Shown here: positions 1 through 18,938 of the stretch, piece after piece | How the letters are laid out: every line of letters starts with the position of its first letter | Numbering within the stretch: the stretch's first letter is position 1 | Source of the DNA: the human T2T-CHM13v2.0 reference genome, Homo sapiens | Length of the DNA: 64,000 nt | Reading direction: 5' to 3' (one strand) | Assembly: GCF_009914755.1 (NCBI RefSeq) | Contig: NC_060945.1 | Made by a program: the position numbers and the translations under genes | Notes under the pieces: generated by a model | The model's input: the letters and a program-made list of their open reading frames with translations, nothing else | What the model was told of the DNA's origin: nothing | The model's database searches: none

Positions 1-94
1 TCCTCCGCCTCTCAAAGTGCTGGGATTACAGGCATGAGCCACCGTGCCTGGCTGAAATTGAATTGATTCTATGACCTTCTTGTTTTCATCTTTT

Positions 95-526
95 TAGCCC
101 CAAAAGGGGGGAGACTAGGTTCCCTTTTTAAAAGTGTGGACTGGATAAATGACTCAATTCTAAAGAATAAAATATGACGGAATATGTATAATTAGGTCAT
201 AGAATGCCTCATGGCTTCTTTCTTATTCTCTCTTGGATTATGGACTCTGGGGGAAGCTGCCATGTGGTGAGGGCACTCAAGCAACCCTATAGAGGGGTCC
301 ATGTAATGAGGAACTCAGGTCTCCTGCTAACAGCCATGTAAATGAGTCATCTTGGAAGCAGATCCTCCAGCCTTGGTCAAGCCATCACAGGACTGCTGCC
401 CCCACCAGCTAACAGATCGATTGCAACTGCGGGACAGACTCTCAGCCAGAACCACCTAGCTAAGCTGCTCCCAGATTCTTGACCCATAGAAACTGTGAGA
501 GGTAATGGGTATTTGTTATTTTAAGC
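95..526 (+). mobile_element. MLT1 (F-like) ERVL-MaLR LTR, 5' part; resumes at 1382-1435
   Basis: Typical motifs GCCAGAACCACCTAGCTAAGCTGCTCCCAGATTCTTGACCCATAGAAACTGTGAGA. Confidence 0.75.
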
Positions 527-745
527 TAGGGGTTGGCAAAGTACTGCTCCAAGGCCAAATCCAGTCTGCAGCCTGTCTTTGTAAATAATGTTTTATTGGG
601 ACAAAGCCATGTCTGTTGGTTTATATAGTGTCTATGGCTACTTTCCCATTACAACAGCACAGTTGAGTAATTGTGATAGCAACTATGTGACCCACAAAGC
701 TGAAGATGTTTACCATTTGGCCGTATGTTACAGAAGGAAGGTTCA

Positions 746-1365
<620 letters not shown>

Positions 1366-3596
1366 AGTTTGGCAATTCCTGTTTTAAGCTTTTGGAGTAA
1401 TTTTTTTTTTCTTGCACAGCAGTAGATACCTAATATGGAGGAAACTGACAATGCTTTAATTTGTGTTGAGAGCACCCAGCAACACAAACTCTTGCCATGA
1501 TGTTGTTTACTTTTTTCCCCTTCTTGATACATATTTGTTTTGTTGTAGTTTGTGTGTTTTTTGTTTGTTTGGTTTTTTGCAAATCAGTATCAGGCCTTGT
1601 GTCCCATGAGGCTCTGCTGCTCAAAGGGTGGTCCTTGGTCCCAGCAGCATCAGCACCAGCACAGACAACCCTTTAAAAACAACAGACATTTTTTTTTTCT
1701 CGGGGTTTTTTCTGTTCTCATTTCAAAACTATTCTTCATTTCTCCTCTTGGCAAGAGCTGTGGTTTACATGTAAACTATTGCTGTCTCTGCAGAAGAAAA
1801 TCACTTTCCCTACCTTTAAATGAGTTGACTTCTCATTCCATTGTTCGTGGCCTGTGTTGGTGATGCCTGTAGTAGTTGTTTCATTTCCAGTTGCATGGTG
1901 GACAGAACAATAAGCAAATCCCCCACGTGGAGGCAAGCTTTGCTGTTTTCAATTCTGTGCTAACCAGCCTTACGCACATGCTGTGAATTTGAGAACCTCC
2001 TTTGCCGAAGCCGGGAAAGCTTGTCTGGATTAGAAAAGTCCTCCATAGAAACCTGACACTGTCCTGAGCTGGAGTATTTGGAATCACACACAGGAAAGGC
2101 TGGGTATTTGCTGACCTGCCTGAATGGCAGAATGTGTGTGCGGTTGTCTCCAATTACAGCACTCCAGGAAGCATCACCCCAAAAGTGCGCTTGCTATGAA
2201 CCACAGCGTGTCCTTCGGCTAATCCTCGTTAGCTGAGGTGGATTCTCTTTCTACATGTACCCTCTTTTCGAAGTGGTATCCTTCCTGCAGTCTTTTCATG
2301 CCTTGGCCTAAGACTCTGGACACAGGCCTAGCTTTGCCCCCACCAGATCCATTCGATAGTTTTTCATGAATCACCAGCTCTCCTGGAGAAACTCAGGGTT
2401 CTAATTATTGAAGAACCATGCATAGGGAACTGGAGATAAGCCACGGGTAAGACTTTCCCACATGTTTCCTAAAAAGGGAAGAAGGTCTCATTGGAAGCCC
2501 CCTAACATTCAAATGGCAGGAGCTGTCTGATTTCCACCCAAGAATCCAGCTCTGAGTTAGTGGTGGGATCTAATCACCAATCATTCTCTGGGCAATTCCT
2601 CATTTTTTGCTTTCCGTCTACAATGACCCCATCACTGGAAGTGGAGCTTGCCCTGGGGAATGCTATATTGAAAAAGGCCTTGCTCTCTGATCTTTCTCAG
2701 TCCTCCTACAGGTGATCGTTCATTCTCTTCCTCCGCCTTCCCATGCCATGCTGATGATTAACATTCAACAGATCTGATTCTGCCCTGCCTTCTTCCTGTT
2801 GCTCATTCCACTGAGCCTCTCGAGCTCTGAGCTGAAAACCAAGATGATAAGGATGAGGTCTTTGGCCTCAGGGAGGAGCTTCCTGCTTAGTTATCCAGTT
2901 ATACCTATAAAGGAATAATCCTAGTACTGTGTGATTAATGATCTAAAGGACATTCAAGAGCTATGGGATCCTTGAGGAAGGAGTGTGTAATTATTTATCT
3001 GGAGAAGTGGGATGGGGCAAGAGATTCCAGGCAGTGGGAAAAAACATACCAGATAGAGGCACAGGGCCATGAAACCACATGGGGAAGAGCTTATAAGCAG
3101 TTCCTTCAGAGAAACAGTCTTTTCATAAATCTCGTCTTAGAAGCTCTGTGTGGAAGGGGCCAGTGGGGGAGGAGGGGCAGTGACATTCAAGAGCGTTTTA
3201 AATCACCTCCCCACATTGTATGGGACTAAGGTGAGTCCTGTCTGGAGTTGATGCTTGGATAGAAAAAATGCATATGATCCTGTACTCTGACTGTTGGAAG
3301 AGGGCTACATAGAGGGAGACAGAAAAAAATTCTACTCCTTATGAATTCTTTTTCTTAAAATGTTGCTGAAGGTAGCTCTACAAAATTAATCCCTGGCCAG
3401 GTCTTGCATGGTTCCTGGCCTTTTCTTCACAAAATTGAGACCCCATGAACCTCCCTGTCTTCTCATCTATAGGCTCACACTAATCCCTAGGCTCTAAGAT
3501 CAAGCCAGACTGGGGTATAAGTAACCTATATGGAATTTCCACACAAATCAGGAAAAGGCATCTTCTTCTGTGTGGTCCAGGGCATGTCAAGGATAA

Positions 3597-3866
<270 letters not shown>

Positions 3867-4472
3867 AAAAAGGCAGTACTTCCGAAGAAAGAGGCACCTA
3901 CTTCTTTAGGAAGATAGACTCCAATAATGGGGTTATGGCTTGGAGAGCATTGCTGAGCTGGGTTTTATCCCCATCCACTTCTCTCAGTCTGGGGCCCTTG
4001 CACTGATCACAATCTGTACAACCACGTGTGCCAGTTCGGGAACATGACCTCTGGCCAGAAAGTTTTAAGGATCAGACATGAGTTCAGTATTGAAAGGTTT
4101 AGAATTGAGTCACTGCTGCCACTAGTCCCTCTCTAGCCTGATGTCCCAGCTCTGAGCAGTGGGGCTTTGTCTCTGCGTCTCAGACTAGTTTCTGCCTTGT
4201 TATGGTTCTGCACACAGAGCCTCATGTGGCCAAGCTGTTGGAGCAGGCCTCTGCCCTACTCTCCGCCCCTAGCCCCATCCTGAACACTTGTCTATTCTGC
4301 CAGTCCTTGAAGCACAGGATCTTGCTCTTTCTGATAGCTTTGTCCAATTCTGTCCAAGCTGCGGCTTGTTGGGGAAGAAAGAAGGCAGGCCTGTGTAGGG
4401 CTTTAGGGCTGACTGCTAAGAGAAGGAAGATGGCTGGCATTCAAAGTCTGGGGTGTATTAAAGTCTGACTTA

Positions 4473-4775
4473 GGCCAGGCGTGGTGGCTCACGCCTGTAA
4501 TCTCAGCACTTTGGGAGGCCGAGGCGGGTGGATCATGAGGTCAGGAGTTCAAGACCAACCTGGCCAAGATGGTGAATCCCCGTCTCTACTAAAAATACAA
4601 AAATTAGTCGGGCATGGTGGTGGACACCTGTAATCCCAGCTACTCAGGAGGCTGAGGCAGAGAATTGCCTGAACACAGGAGGCGGAGGTTGCAGTGAGCA
4701 GGGATCTCGCCACTGCACTCTAGCCTGGGCAACAGAGCGAGACTCCATCTAAAAAAAGGAAAGAAAGAAAACAAA
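4473..4775 (+). mobile_element. AluS
   Basis: Full dimer; TSD AAAGTCTGACTTA. Confidence 0.95.
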
Positions 4776-4919
4776 AAAGTCTGACTTATAAAGAAAATTG
4801 GTCTAAGATGAAGGATGAACTCTCAGGAACAGAAAGCAACAGTATAGAGACTGCCGGCAGCCCAAACAAGAGTGATTTCCCTTTTGTGATCCTATTTTGT
4901 TTCCGCAGGAAAAGTGGTG

Positions 4920-5278
4920 TAAGTGAATCATGATAATCCTATTTCTTTCTGCAGTGATTTAGGGTAGGCCTGTGCCCTGGTTCTGGGGAAGTCTAATGAG
5001 AGCCTCTGGGAAAGATTTTCTTCCCTTGCCACCCCCACCTGTCTTTGGAAGTTGTCACGTGGGGATGTGGTATCTTGAGCTGCAGCAGCCATGTTGAGAC
5101 CATGAGCGAATAAAGTTATGAAAAAAATAGGGACACTAAAACAAAGTGTTGACTTTATTGAACTGCTACATTAATCAATCCTGTCTCTGGACTTCTTGTT
5201 ATGTGAGAGGATAAATGTCCATTGGTTAAACTATTTTTGTTGAGTATTCTATTAAAGGTTAGTGAAAATAACTGATAT
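4920..5278 (+). mobile_element. Old MLT1 (J/K/L-like) MaLR LTR
   Basis: Motifs GAGCTGCAGCAGCCATGTTGAGACCATGAG and CTCTGGACTTCTTGTTATGTGAGA. Confidence 0.6.
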
Positions 5279-5518
5279 GGAAATTATTGTTTGCTAGGCA
5301 TTGTGCTGCAACTTCATAATATTCATGACAACTCTATGCAGTATGTCTTGCTGTTATCTCTCTTTTTGTATATGAGTAAACTGAAGTTCAGAAATGTATT
5401 TTGCCCAACAACATTGCAAGGAACATACTTATTTACATATATTTTGATAAATGGGATTAGTTATTTTCTTGAGTTAATTTCTTAGGAAGGAAACTACGAG
5501 CTTGAAGAGTATACATAT

Positions 5519-5900
5519 TGTTATTGATTAAATGTCTGTGTCCCCCTAGAATTCATATGTTGAAGTTCTTACCCTCATTGTGACTGTATTTTGAGACAGG
5601 GTCTTTAGGACCTAATTAAATAAAGTCGTAAGAGTGGGACCCTGATCAGATAGGCTTAGTGTCCTTATAAGAAGAGATACCAGATAGCCCCCTCTCTCCA
5701 TGCGCACACAAAAAAGAGGTCATGTGAGGACATAGCAAGAAGGTGGTTGTCTGCAAGCTACGAAGAGAGCCCTCATCAGGAATGGAATCAGCTAGCACCT
5801 TGATCTTGGACTTCCTAGCCTAGAACTGTGAGAAATAAATTCCTGTTGTTTAAGCCCTCTAATTTATAGTATTTTCTTATGGCAGCCTAAGCTGACTAAA
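5519..5900 (+). mobile_element. MLT1A/B-type MaLR solo LTR
   Basis: Begins TGTTA...AATTCATATGTTGAAG; ends TTATGGCAGCCTAAGCTGACTAA. Confidence 0.85.
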
Positions 5901-6049
5901 AGGTTTTTGACACCTACTGCCAAATTGTCCTCCAGAAACATTATACCAGTTGGCATTCCTACCAGTAGTATATAAAAAAATACATATTTCCCTGTGCTTA
6001 TATCAGTACTGAATGTAACCTTAGAAGAACTGAATTTAAAGTGCAGTAT

Positions 6050-6230
6050 ACCTTACAGCATCTGGGTATGTTTGGACAAACCACTCCCCTCTCTGAGTCC
6101 CAGTATCCTCATTTGTCAAATTAGCATCATAATAATCCCTGTCTTGTTGGTGCCATCTCACAGCACTGTTGGGAGTTCCAATGAGATGAAGTATGAGAAG
6201 ATGTTTTGCAAACTGTAAAGGAAAACATAA
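6050..6230 (+). mobile_element. MIR fragment
   Basis: Core motif CTCTCTGAGTCCCAGTATCCTCATTTGTCAAAT. Confidence 0.65.
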
Positions 6231-7792
6231 GTATTGTTGGTGGTGTTATTCATCTCCCTGCCTCAGTAGAATAAACTGTAGAATGTTTAGGAGGTCAAAT
6301 GAAACAGTCAAAAATAATTTTGTAGTGTTCAGTCAGCTCCAATGGTGTGAAAATTAGTCAAAATGAGAAATGCATGAATGCTTTGGTTACAGTCTTGAAG
6401 GTCAACTTGAATCTGAATTCAATGTCGGCTGGACCCAAATAATTTTCTAGAATCAGAAAATTCTACTTCCTACTAGGTTGACATTCTTAACCTTCCTGGA
6501 TCCTATCAGAGAAACCTTGTTCATCATTTCATTTCCAAATTATGAAGACCACCTGGGCCTGACTGAAGATGCTTGTTTCTTCCTCTTCCCTAACGCCCTT
6601 TCCACCAGTGCGGACTGCAGGTATGGACATAGGGAAGGGTGGGTAAGTATTAAGTGCTATGAGCTCCGAGGAAGAAGAAATTCCATATATACAACCAGAT
6701 AGTGCATGTGTGTGTAATGCTTATTTTATGCCCATTTAATTAATGCCATGATCACTATTCCTTCTAGTAATTAATTTGATTTTCATTAGTAATAGAAAGA
6801 TAGATCAACTCCTTGAAATCAGAGAGAGCTTTAAAAAAATGCTCAGCCAGGAGGTGTTAAGTATTTCACTAAGTGTGAGACTTCTGGCAAAACCCCCATC
6901 TCAGCATTCGGTTGTTCTCTTTGTTAACAGTTGTTGGCAGAGATACAGGAATAGATTTTGACCAGCAATTCCATAAGTACTTTACTCTACTGAAATCCAT
7001 TTTTTGATTTATAAACTGCACATTTAATGTAAATAGCACATTATTCCCCTCGTCACAGAGTTGATATAGTAATGATGAATGTCTATAAGTGATAATTACT
7101 CTGCATTTAGGGTTCTCTGCATGATCTCGGCTCACTGCAACCTTATACAAACCTTATACAAACAGTTATATCTCAAGCTGGCCCTAGGCAAAATTGTACA
7201 ATGGTCTAATAAAGTGTCTTTTACTTATATCTTACGTTCTGCTGCTGCTTCTTATATATATACATAATGTAGACTCCCAGGAGTGGGATTTCTGGGTCAA
7301 AGGGTATGTTGAATTTGTCTTCTGTTATTGTCAGATTGCTCTCCAAGAAGACATTAATCTAGCAATGTGTAGTAGATTTCTCCTGCAAACCCACCAACAA
7401 GAGATGTTATCTATTTTTAGAATGTTATGAGTACAATGCTGTATAAAGTGATATGATACTGTGTACTTACTTGCATTTCTGTGACTATTAGTAAATTTGA
7501 GCATATTTTTACTTTTCTTCAAGCCTTGTATAACTTTTAACCATTCACGTTTTTTCTTTTACTATCTTCCATTACATCTACAGCAACCAGCCATTTTTCT
7601 TTAAACACAAAATTAATCTATTTTCCATAAATAAAAAACACATCCACTATTAGAACATATATTCATATTTCTTTGCCACCATATCCCTCCATCACTCACA
7701 TCAATTACAATTTTGACTAAAGTCATTAACTTTGAGGTACGTCTACTTTTTCACTTTCTGGAATTTCTATATTCAGATGCTTGGGGGACTAA

Positions 7793-8135
<343 letters not shown>

Positions 8136-8412
8136 ATCTCTGTACCTTTTTGTTCTATTTGCTGGTAGTTCCTAAACTTCATGTCCTACCCCTTCTATTG
8201 AATTTTTCATTTCTGCTTTCATGTTCTTAATTGTGAAGAACTTCTTTTTGTTCTCTGAATGTTTCTTTTAAAAATGCTATTCTATTCGTATTTCATGGAT
8301 GCAATATCTTAAATCTGAACGTATATATTTTAAAAAGAGTTCTCTCACTCTCAGCATTGTCTCTCATTGCTGTTTTTGGTCTCTGTCTTCCATGTAAAAA
8401 ATGTTCCTTGGG

Positions 8413-8819
<407 letters not shown>

Positions 8820-9449
8820 TCAGGTGGGCTTATGGAGTACAGAGTGACCCCACTGTTTGGATTGGTGAGGAGCTGTATTCCCTACCCCTCCATTGTCCCC
8901 CTTCCCACTGCACCACATCAACATGTTTAGATCTATCTTCTTGTCCAAGTCTCTTGAGAAGAATCTTCATCTCTTGCCTGGAGGGTGAGAGCTTGACTGT
9001 TTGCATTGTGGATTTTGAGAAGGACTGGAAGTCTACGTGTTTTCACTTAATCCCCCTTAAGTCCAGGCTGGTGTAGGGAGACAGCCTTTCTTCCCCCTTC
9101 TCCAAAGAATGAAGCCTAACTCTGGGGTGAGGAAAGGAGGGTGGAGTAGAAAGGGATTGAAGAGTCTGACTGTGTCTTAAACAGATTTCAAACCATCCTT
9201 ATTTTAGTTTCTCACTTTGCCCCCACTTCCAGAGGCACCTAGTGCCTCCCATTCCTGAGCTTTTGGTGAATACTGTGTTGCAAATCAAGTTGATTCTTCA
9301 CCTTTCCCATGGATGACTTAAACCCACTGATGTGCTAAGCCAGCTCTCATTCTTATGTCTGCTTTCCAAACCCAGACTTTGTATTGCCTCCTCTCCAATC
9401 CTCCACGTCCTTAAAGCTCTGTCTTCTTTCATTGCAAAATCTTTTGTTA

Positions 9450-9768
<319 letters not shown>

Positions 9769-10253
9769 TCTTTCATTATAGTTTTTGGAAGGACTGAAAT
9801 TAGATGCACTCTTCAATCCTTACAGCAGCAAATTTTTCTTTTATTACTTTGTTTTATGTGTCTTCCTTGCAATTAGTATTAACCTAGGATTTTTTTAAAA
9901 ACCCACTCTCTGCTTTGTAGTTTAATGATTGATGTATTAGATTTTATCTCATATATCTGACTTTATATTTATTTATTTTATACATTTTTATGTTATTTTC
10001 TTTTTTCCCTTTCTTTGGTAGGTTTGATCAAGTTCAGTTTCTTTCTTTTCCCTTGATAATTAGTATATTTTTTCATTCTGTGTTCCCTTCCTGTCTCTCA
10101 TAATTACATAGATCTTTCTTTATGATTTTTGAAAACAAGATACCAATTATTTCCCTAATCCAGATGTCTTTTAAACTTCATGCTTTCTCCCTCCATCAGA
10201 ATACATTTCTTCATTCTTCTGCCTTTCCTCCCAGCAAACGAGACCTTTGGAAA

Positions 10254-10529
10254 TTTTTTTTTTTTCTTTTTTTTTGAGATGGAGTCTCACTCTGTTTCCC
10301 AGGCTAGAGTGCGCACCACTGCAACCTCTGCCTCCTGGGTTCAAGCGATTCTTCTGTCTCAGCCTCCCGAGTTGCTGAGATTACAGGCCTGCGCCACAAC
10401 ACCCAGCTAATTTTTGTTACTTTTAGTAGAGACGGGTTTTGCCATGTTGGCCAGGCTAGTCTCAAACTCCTCACCCGCCTTGGCCTCCCAAAGTGCTGGG
10501 ATTACAGGCGTGAGCCACTGCGCCCGGCC
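10254..10529 (-). mobile_element. Alu with small internal deletions
   Basis: Poly-T followed by antisense consensus. Confidence 0.9.
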
Positions 10530-10802
10530 CCATCTATCTATATCTTATTTTCTTTTCCTCTTCCTCTGTGCCTTGGAATTTCATTATGATTTAAACTGGC
10601 AGGTGGTTTGGATATAGGATTTTTGGATTGTGACCATTTTCTCTCAAAATTCTTTTCCTTCATAATTTCCATCGTGTATATTTTTGCTTTGTGCTTTAAG
10701 ATATTTATTCTATTAAATATTTTATGCCACTATTTTGGACCTCAACGTGGCCTTCCTTTCTTCCAACTCATGCAATATTAGTTGGGAAATTGTAATTTTT
10801 AG

Positions 10803-11265
<463 letters not shown>

Positions 11266-11494
11266 ATATAATGCCTACTTAAGCATCAATTGCTGGCCTG
11301 TTCAGTGTTGCTCATATGGTTCTGGTCTGCACTGGGCGAGGGCATTTGGCAATGAGGAAGGAGTGTGCTTGGTTTAGAATAGCAGCTTCTGTGGTTCTTT
11401 TTAGAGGTATCATTTCTGCCCAAATCTGGGGTGCCTTTTCATTGATCTATATTTGGGAGTTAAATAAAAGGAGAGTTTTATTCTAATTAATTAA

Positions 11495-12127
<633 letters not shown>

Positions 12128-12959
12128 TGATTTTTAAAATTCAAAAGCAGAGTATAGATGGAAACCTAAATGACGGCAAATAATAATAATAATAAACTCT
12201 CAGAGACTGTAGGGTGTAGACCAGGCCCTGGATTAATGGGAATGTCTACATTCCATCCCCTTGAGCTCAAATATTCTAGTCAAAGTGAGTCACCCAAGGT
12301 TACTTTCGATAGAAGGTGGGTGTGGAAAGACTTGGACAAGAAAATCTAGGAGCCACAGGAGGCCAGATGCTTCTCTCCACAGGAGACTTGACCTTTGACA
12401 CAGAGCCCTGAGGAAATCTTGACTGTTTTCTTTAGTATTTGATCCTCAGCTGATGCAAACCATTTATTTATGTTTGCCCATTGGACAGCAGGGGGTTTGG
12501 GCTGTTTTCACGTCTATATAAGGCAGTGTAGAGTGCTTCCTTTGATGTGTCCCGCCTCTGCTGTGGCCTCATCATGCCGGGCTAACTTGGTCTTCCCCAT
12601 GTAGGGCTCTGGATCCCACTCCTAAAAACTCTAATTTGAGGATCAGAGTCTGAAATAGCCCAAAAGGTATCCTGTTTAGCTTGTCATTTAAATAGCTAAG
12701 CCCCTGCTACGACCATTTAAAACCATCTCACCTTTCATTTAGCTAAGCAGTTCTTTTTTCAGATTTGGCTTGTTTGTGTTTTTCTCTATTCACTGCAATT
12801 CTGCATCTATAAAAAGCATTGATGGAAGGAGGAAAGAGTGAAATCAACATTCTTTTTAGTAGAGGGCCTTAGTTGGAATTGCAGAAATATCAGGGAACTT
12901 AGCTATAAAGGCCTCCAGAGTTATCCCTGAGTGCAGGGGGCCAGAGTGGTCACAGTCAT

Positions 12960-13335
12960 GGCCTGGATGTGAAACTTGACTTCAAAAATGACTAGCTTTT
13001 TGACCGTAGGCAGGTTATTTGACCTCCCTTTACCTCCATTTCCCCATCTGTAAAACTGGGGTGATAATAGTTCTTGCCTCATAGGTAGGACTGGTTCCAT
13101 AGCTTCCAGACTCTTGTTCAAATCTCAATGAAATGAAAATGCTGGGCCCCTTGTTCACCTTTCAAGACGGCAGCAGCATAGCATCAAACCAAGTGTGGGA
13201 CCCCTCTGAGCATGGGCCCTGTGACACTTGCCAGGAAGCTGGCCCTGCTCGCAGGATCACTGTGAGAACTAAATTAATTATTCTATTTAAAGCCCTTAAT
13301 GTACTACCTGACACATATGCAGTCTATGTAAACAT
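12960..13335 (+). mobile_element. MIR interrupted by MER45A
   Basis: MIR core TTTCCCCATCTGTAAAACTGGGGTGATAATAG continues after 13255. Confidence 0.75.
13086..13247 (-). mobile_element. MER45A hAT-Tip100 MITE
   Basis: Ends TAGGACTGGTT and AAGCTGGCCCTG; degenerate 8-bp TSD CTCATAGG / CTCGCAGG. Confidence 0.75.
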
Positions 13336-15729
13336 TAATTAAATCTAAAAAATGACAGAGGAGTAATCTGGGAACCAGAGAAATTGTTACTAGCTCAGAG
13401 TAACGCAGTGAATTGGTGGTAAAGCGAGCCTTGGATTCGATCTGTTCCGTGGCTTTCTGCATAGTTTACTTATGTATACTCTAGTGGTTTCTTCCGTGAA
13501 GCTCTTTCATTGAATCAGCATTTTTGAATGCTTTTCTATATCCCATGTGCAACAGTAAACAGTGGCGACGGGTAGTTCATGAGTTTTGTTTTTATTCGTT
13601 ATTTCTATTTCCAGTGCTATAGCAGGCTACAATAAATCTTCAGCTATACTAACTCTGTCACTGAACAAGCCATGAGATTCTTACCTTGTTAAGTCACATG
13701 AATTTAGAAGAGTCAAGTAAATGACATCTGGGATCTTGGTAGCAACACGTGAAGAAAACTTATAAGTACAAATATTTAAAAAATATAAATGTAAATATAA
13801 ATGATGGATGAGTTTTCTCGAGTAAAATCAGAGGATGATTTAGATGATCTGAAAGAAGCCTTCTAGCTCTAACATTAGTAACAGAATCACATGGGCCTCA
13901 ATTCTTTCCTACTGCCCATGTAGCCACAAATGGAAAGATCTCGTTGAAATGACTATTTTTTTTGTTCCTAATGTGTCCTTAAAGAAAATTATTAAAAATA
14001 TCTCAGGTCAATGACAGATAAAATTTTCCTAAAGTCTTCCTTTAAGAAACCCAAAGAGAGTACAAACTTCTGTCTGTATTCTGATTCATCTTCATTTAGT
14101 TTTTCTTGATAAACAGGGAATGTCATTCTTGTTCATTCTGAATTTCAGAATCTAAATTTGGAAAAAGAATACTAAAAGCATGCTAATTAGGCTCTTCAAA
14201 GAGTTCTTTAAAAATTTGAATATATAAATAATTTTATCATTCAGGGTGTGAATCAGCTATAGTTAGTCCAAAAAGCTTTTTAAAGCAATATACTTTTTCA
14301 TGTTCAGGAATGATTTCCTGATATATAAATAACTTCCATTGCCATGGTACTTAGGCCATAAAGGGCCCTGCAGAACACACTTGTCTAATTTGAATTGTTT
14401 AGATTAATTTGGCACCTGGTGAAATATCACTTTGATTCTAATTATTGTCATGCTCACCTTGAGTAAGGCTTTTTGTGGTTTAATAATGCATACTCTTATT
14501 TCAAACACAAAAGCATCTGTGAAATCTGTCTTAACTATCAATATATTTCTTCTATTTGACATAATTTAATTTAATTTAATATAATTAATATACATTATAA
14601 GATCCTTAAATCTCAAAAGAAGATAATCTCCTGTCCTTCACTAGAATTTTTCTGTTCCAGGAAAATGTCATTTTCTATTTGTGGACTCTTCTAGGAAATC
14701 TTCATTCCCATTTAGCTGGAGCGGTGATGGAAAGCTATTCCTTCTCTGATGGACTTAACAATGCTATTTCTGTATCTCATTTGTGAGGCTGGGCAGCCAT
14801 TCATTTGTGGTTAATACTGTAATTCTTAAAATGTATTTTTAAGAAGTGGATAGAAATATCTGATGCTCCATTTTAGTTTGAATGCTATCACTGCTGAAGC
14901 ACACACAAAACTGTCAGCAAAATGCTGTTTGTATTGGACAACTCCTGTGAATTGAAAGTAGCTAAGCTAAAAAAAGGAAAATTGACAGGTGCCTTATTAG
15001 GCCCCAGTGATTAGTCATTTTTGTGTCTGCACAAGTAATTGACACTCACTTCTAAACAAGGATTGTGCATTTGCATGCTTTCAGGAAGAAGTCCTGCTGG
15101 GTGATTCTAATCTACTATTTTAGGATGTGATGGCTTAATTTGAAAAATGTTTTTATGAACAAAACATGATCTCTTTCTTGTCACTTTTTTGAATGTCCTC
15201 AGGTTTCACAGTGTGATCAGGGACTGAATGGATTTTATTCGGGTACCAAATATCCGATGACTAAATGGGTTTGGCAGTAAAATTGAGGGTTGTGTTGGTA
15301 ACTACCTTCCACAGGAAGAAGAAGAGATTATCTTTATTCTGTTCTTTTCTTGACGACTGCTGTAAAATGTATTTTTGGTTTGTTACAAACCAGTTGAATC
15401 TTTACAGAATTAAAACCAGAGAAGAAATTCTGTGGATAATTATTTTTTTATTCAGGGACTGGCTCCACCTACTACAATTTAGAATTGTAAGAAACTTTAG
15501 AGAGTATTAATTTAATTTTTTTAAATTAAAAAAATTTTTTTTGAGACGGACTCTTGCACTGTTGCCCAGGCTGGAGTACAGTGGCATGATCTCAGATCAC
15601 TGCAACCTCCACCTCCTGGTTCAAGTGATTCTCCTGCCTCAGCCTCCTGAGTAGCTGGGACTACAGGCATGTGCCACCATGCCTGGCTAATTTTTGTATT
15701 TTTAGTAGAGACAGAATTTCTCCATATGG

Positions 15730-16522
<793 letters not shown>

Positions 16523-16581
16523 TTGGCCAGTCTGGTCTCAAACTCCTGACCTCAGGTGATCCACTCGCCTCTGCCTCCTGA

Positions 16582-16949
<368 letters not shown>

Positions 16950-17288
16950 GAGAGTATTAATTTTAAATCTCTCCCTTCCATATGAGGAAATTAAGGCTCA
17001 GAGACATTAAATAACAACATTCTTGTAGCCAAATGAGTTGAGACAAAACCAAGATGAAAGGATTTGAAGACAGTTTGATGCCATTCATGAAGCTAGAGTT
17101 CTCTTTCTTATGTCTGTGTGTTAATGGCTTTTTCCACTTAAAGGCAAATTGCTAAGGTGTTCCCCACCCCCACACTCCACCTCTACGTCATTTCACTTTT
17201 GACCCCACCTCTGAAAACATTGAATGTATCTAAATACATAATCAAATGAAAAAGTTTGACTTGGTGACTTTATTAAGAAAATACTGCC

Positions 17289-17590
17289 AGCTGGGCGCGG
17301 TGGCTCATGCCTGTAATCCCAGCACTTTGGGAGGACGAGACAGGTGGACCACGAGGTCAGGAGATCGAGACCATCCTGGCTAACACGGTGAAACCCGTCT
17401 GTACTAAAAATACAAAAAATTAGCCGGGCATGGTGGTGGGCGCCTGTAGTCCCAGCTACTCAGGTGGCTGAGGCAGGAGAATGGCAGGAACCCGGGAGGC
17501 GGAGTTCCCAGTGAGCCCAGATCACACCACTGCACTCCAGTCTGGGCGATAGAGCGAGACTCCGTCTCAAAAAAAAAGAAAAAAAGGAAA
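17289..17590 (+). mobile_element. AluY-like
   Basis: TSD AAGAAAATACTGCCA. Confidence 0.92.
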
Positions 17591-18305
17591 GAAAATACTG
17601 CCACCATCAACAGGAAAATGTTTCCATAGCAGCAGCCTCTCATTTTGATGATTGCTGCAACTCCCCTTGTCTTTGGAGCTTTGTGTTTGAAATAAAGGTA
17701 TGCATTATTAAACAAAAAAAGCCTTATTCAAGATGAGCATGACCACAACCAGATTGGAGAGACATCTTTGTGACACTGTGCAGGAATGAAGTCATACCCC
17801 AAATCGACTGCACCCTTTGGGTAGCCTATGTTGTCACCCCACAACCAACTTCGAGTTAAGCCTCACTGCCTCTTTACATCTCCAGAATACAGAACTCCAG
17901 AAGCATTGCGGAATAATGTGGATTTTACTGATGTTTCATAGTGGTACGGGGAGGACGGTTTCATCACATGGCCCACAGGAAAGCTTAGATTGTTTTTTTG
18001 GACCTCTGTCTGTGACAATTAATGTTTTTCTTCTCTTCTCTCCCTGTCCCCTTTCTCCCCTCCCTTTTCCTCACACAGCTTTTAAAATCCCCTTTAGTAT
18101 CTGTAGCCACTCGGCTGCAGCCTGAAGAATATATGTTCCCCCACCTCCCACCAGCAAAACAACAGCCTGTGGTAAACTATGAGCACGCATGTTCTTCTTA
18201 CATGCCTTTTGGGGGCAAGGATGCCTCAATTCACTTGGCCATAGCTGTGAGTTTGGGATATTGATTCTTCACAAAAACAGATCTAAAGTTAAAAGGTTAA
18301 CTTGG

Positions 18306-18938
<633 letters not shown>

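Noticed and set aside
17712-17815. Minus-strand segment ending in a T run, resembling a small Pol III RNA or snoRNA copy
   Set aside because: I could not match it to any known RNA or find boxes or a TSD; an Rfam scan would settle it
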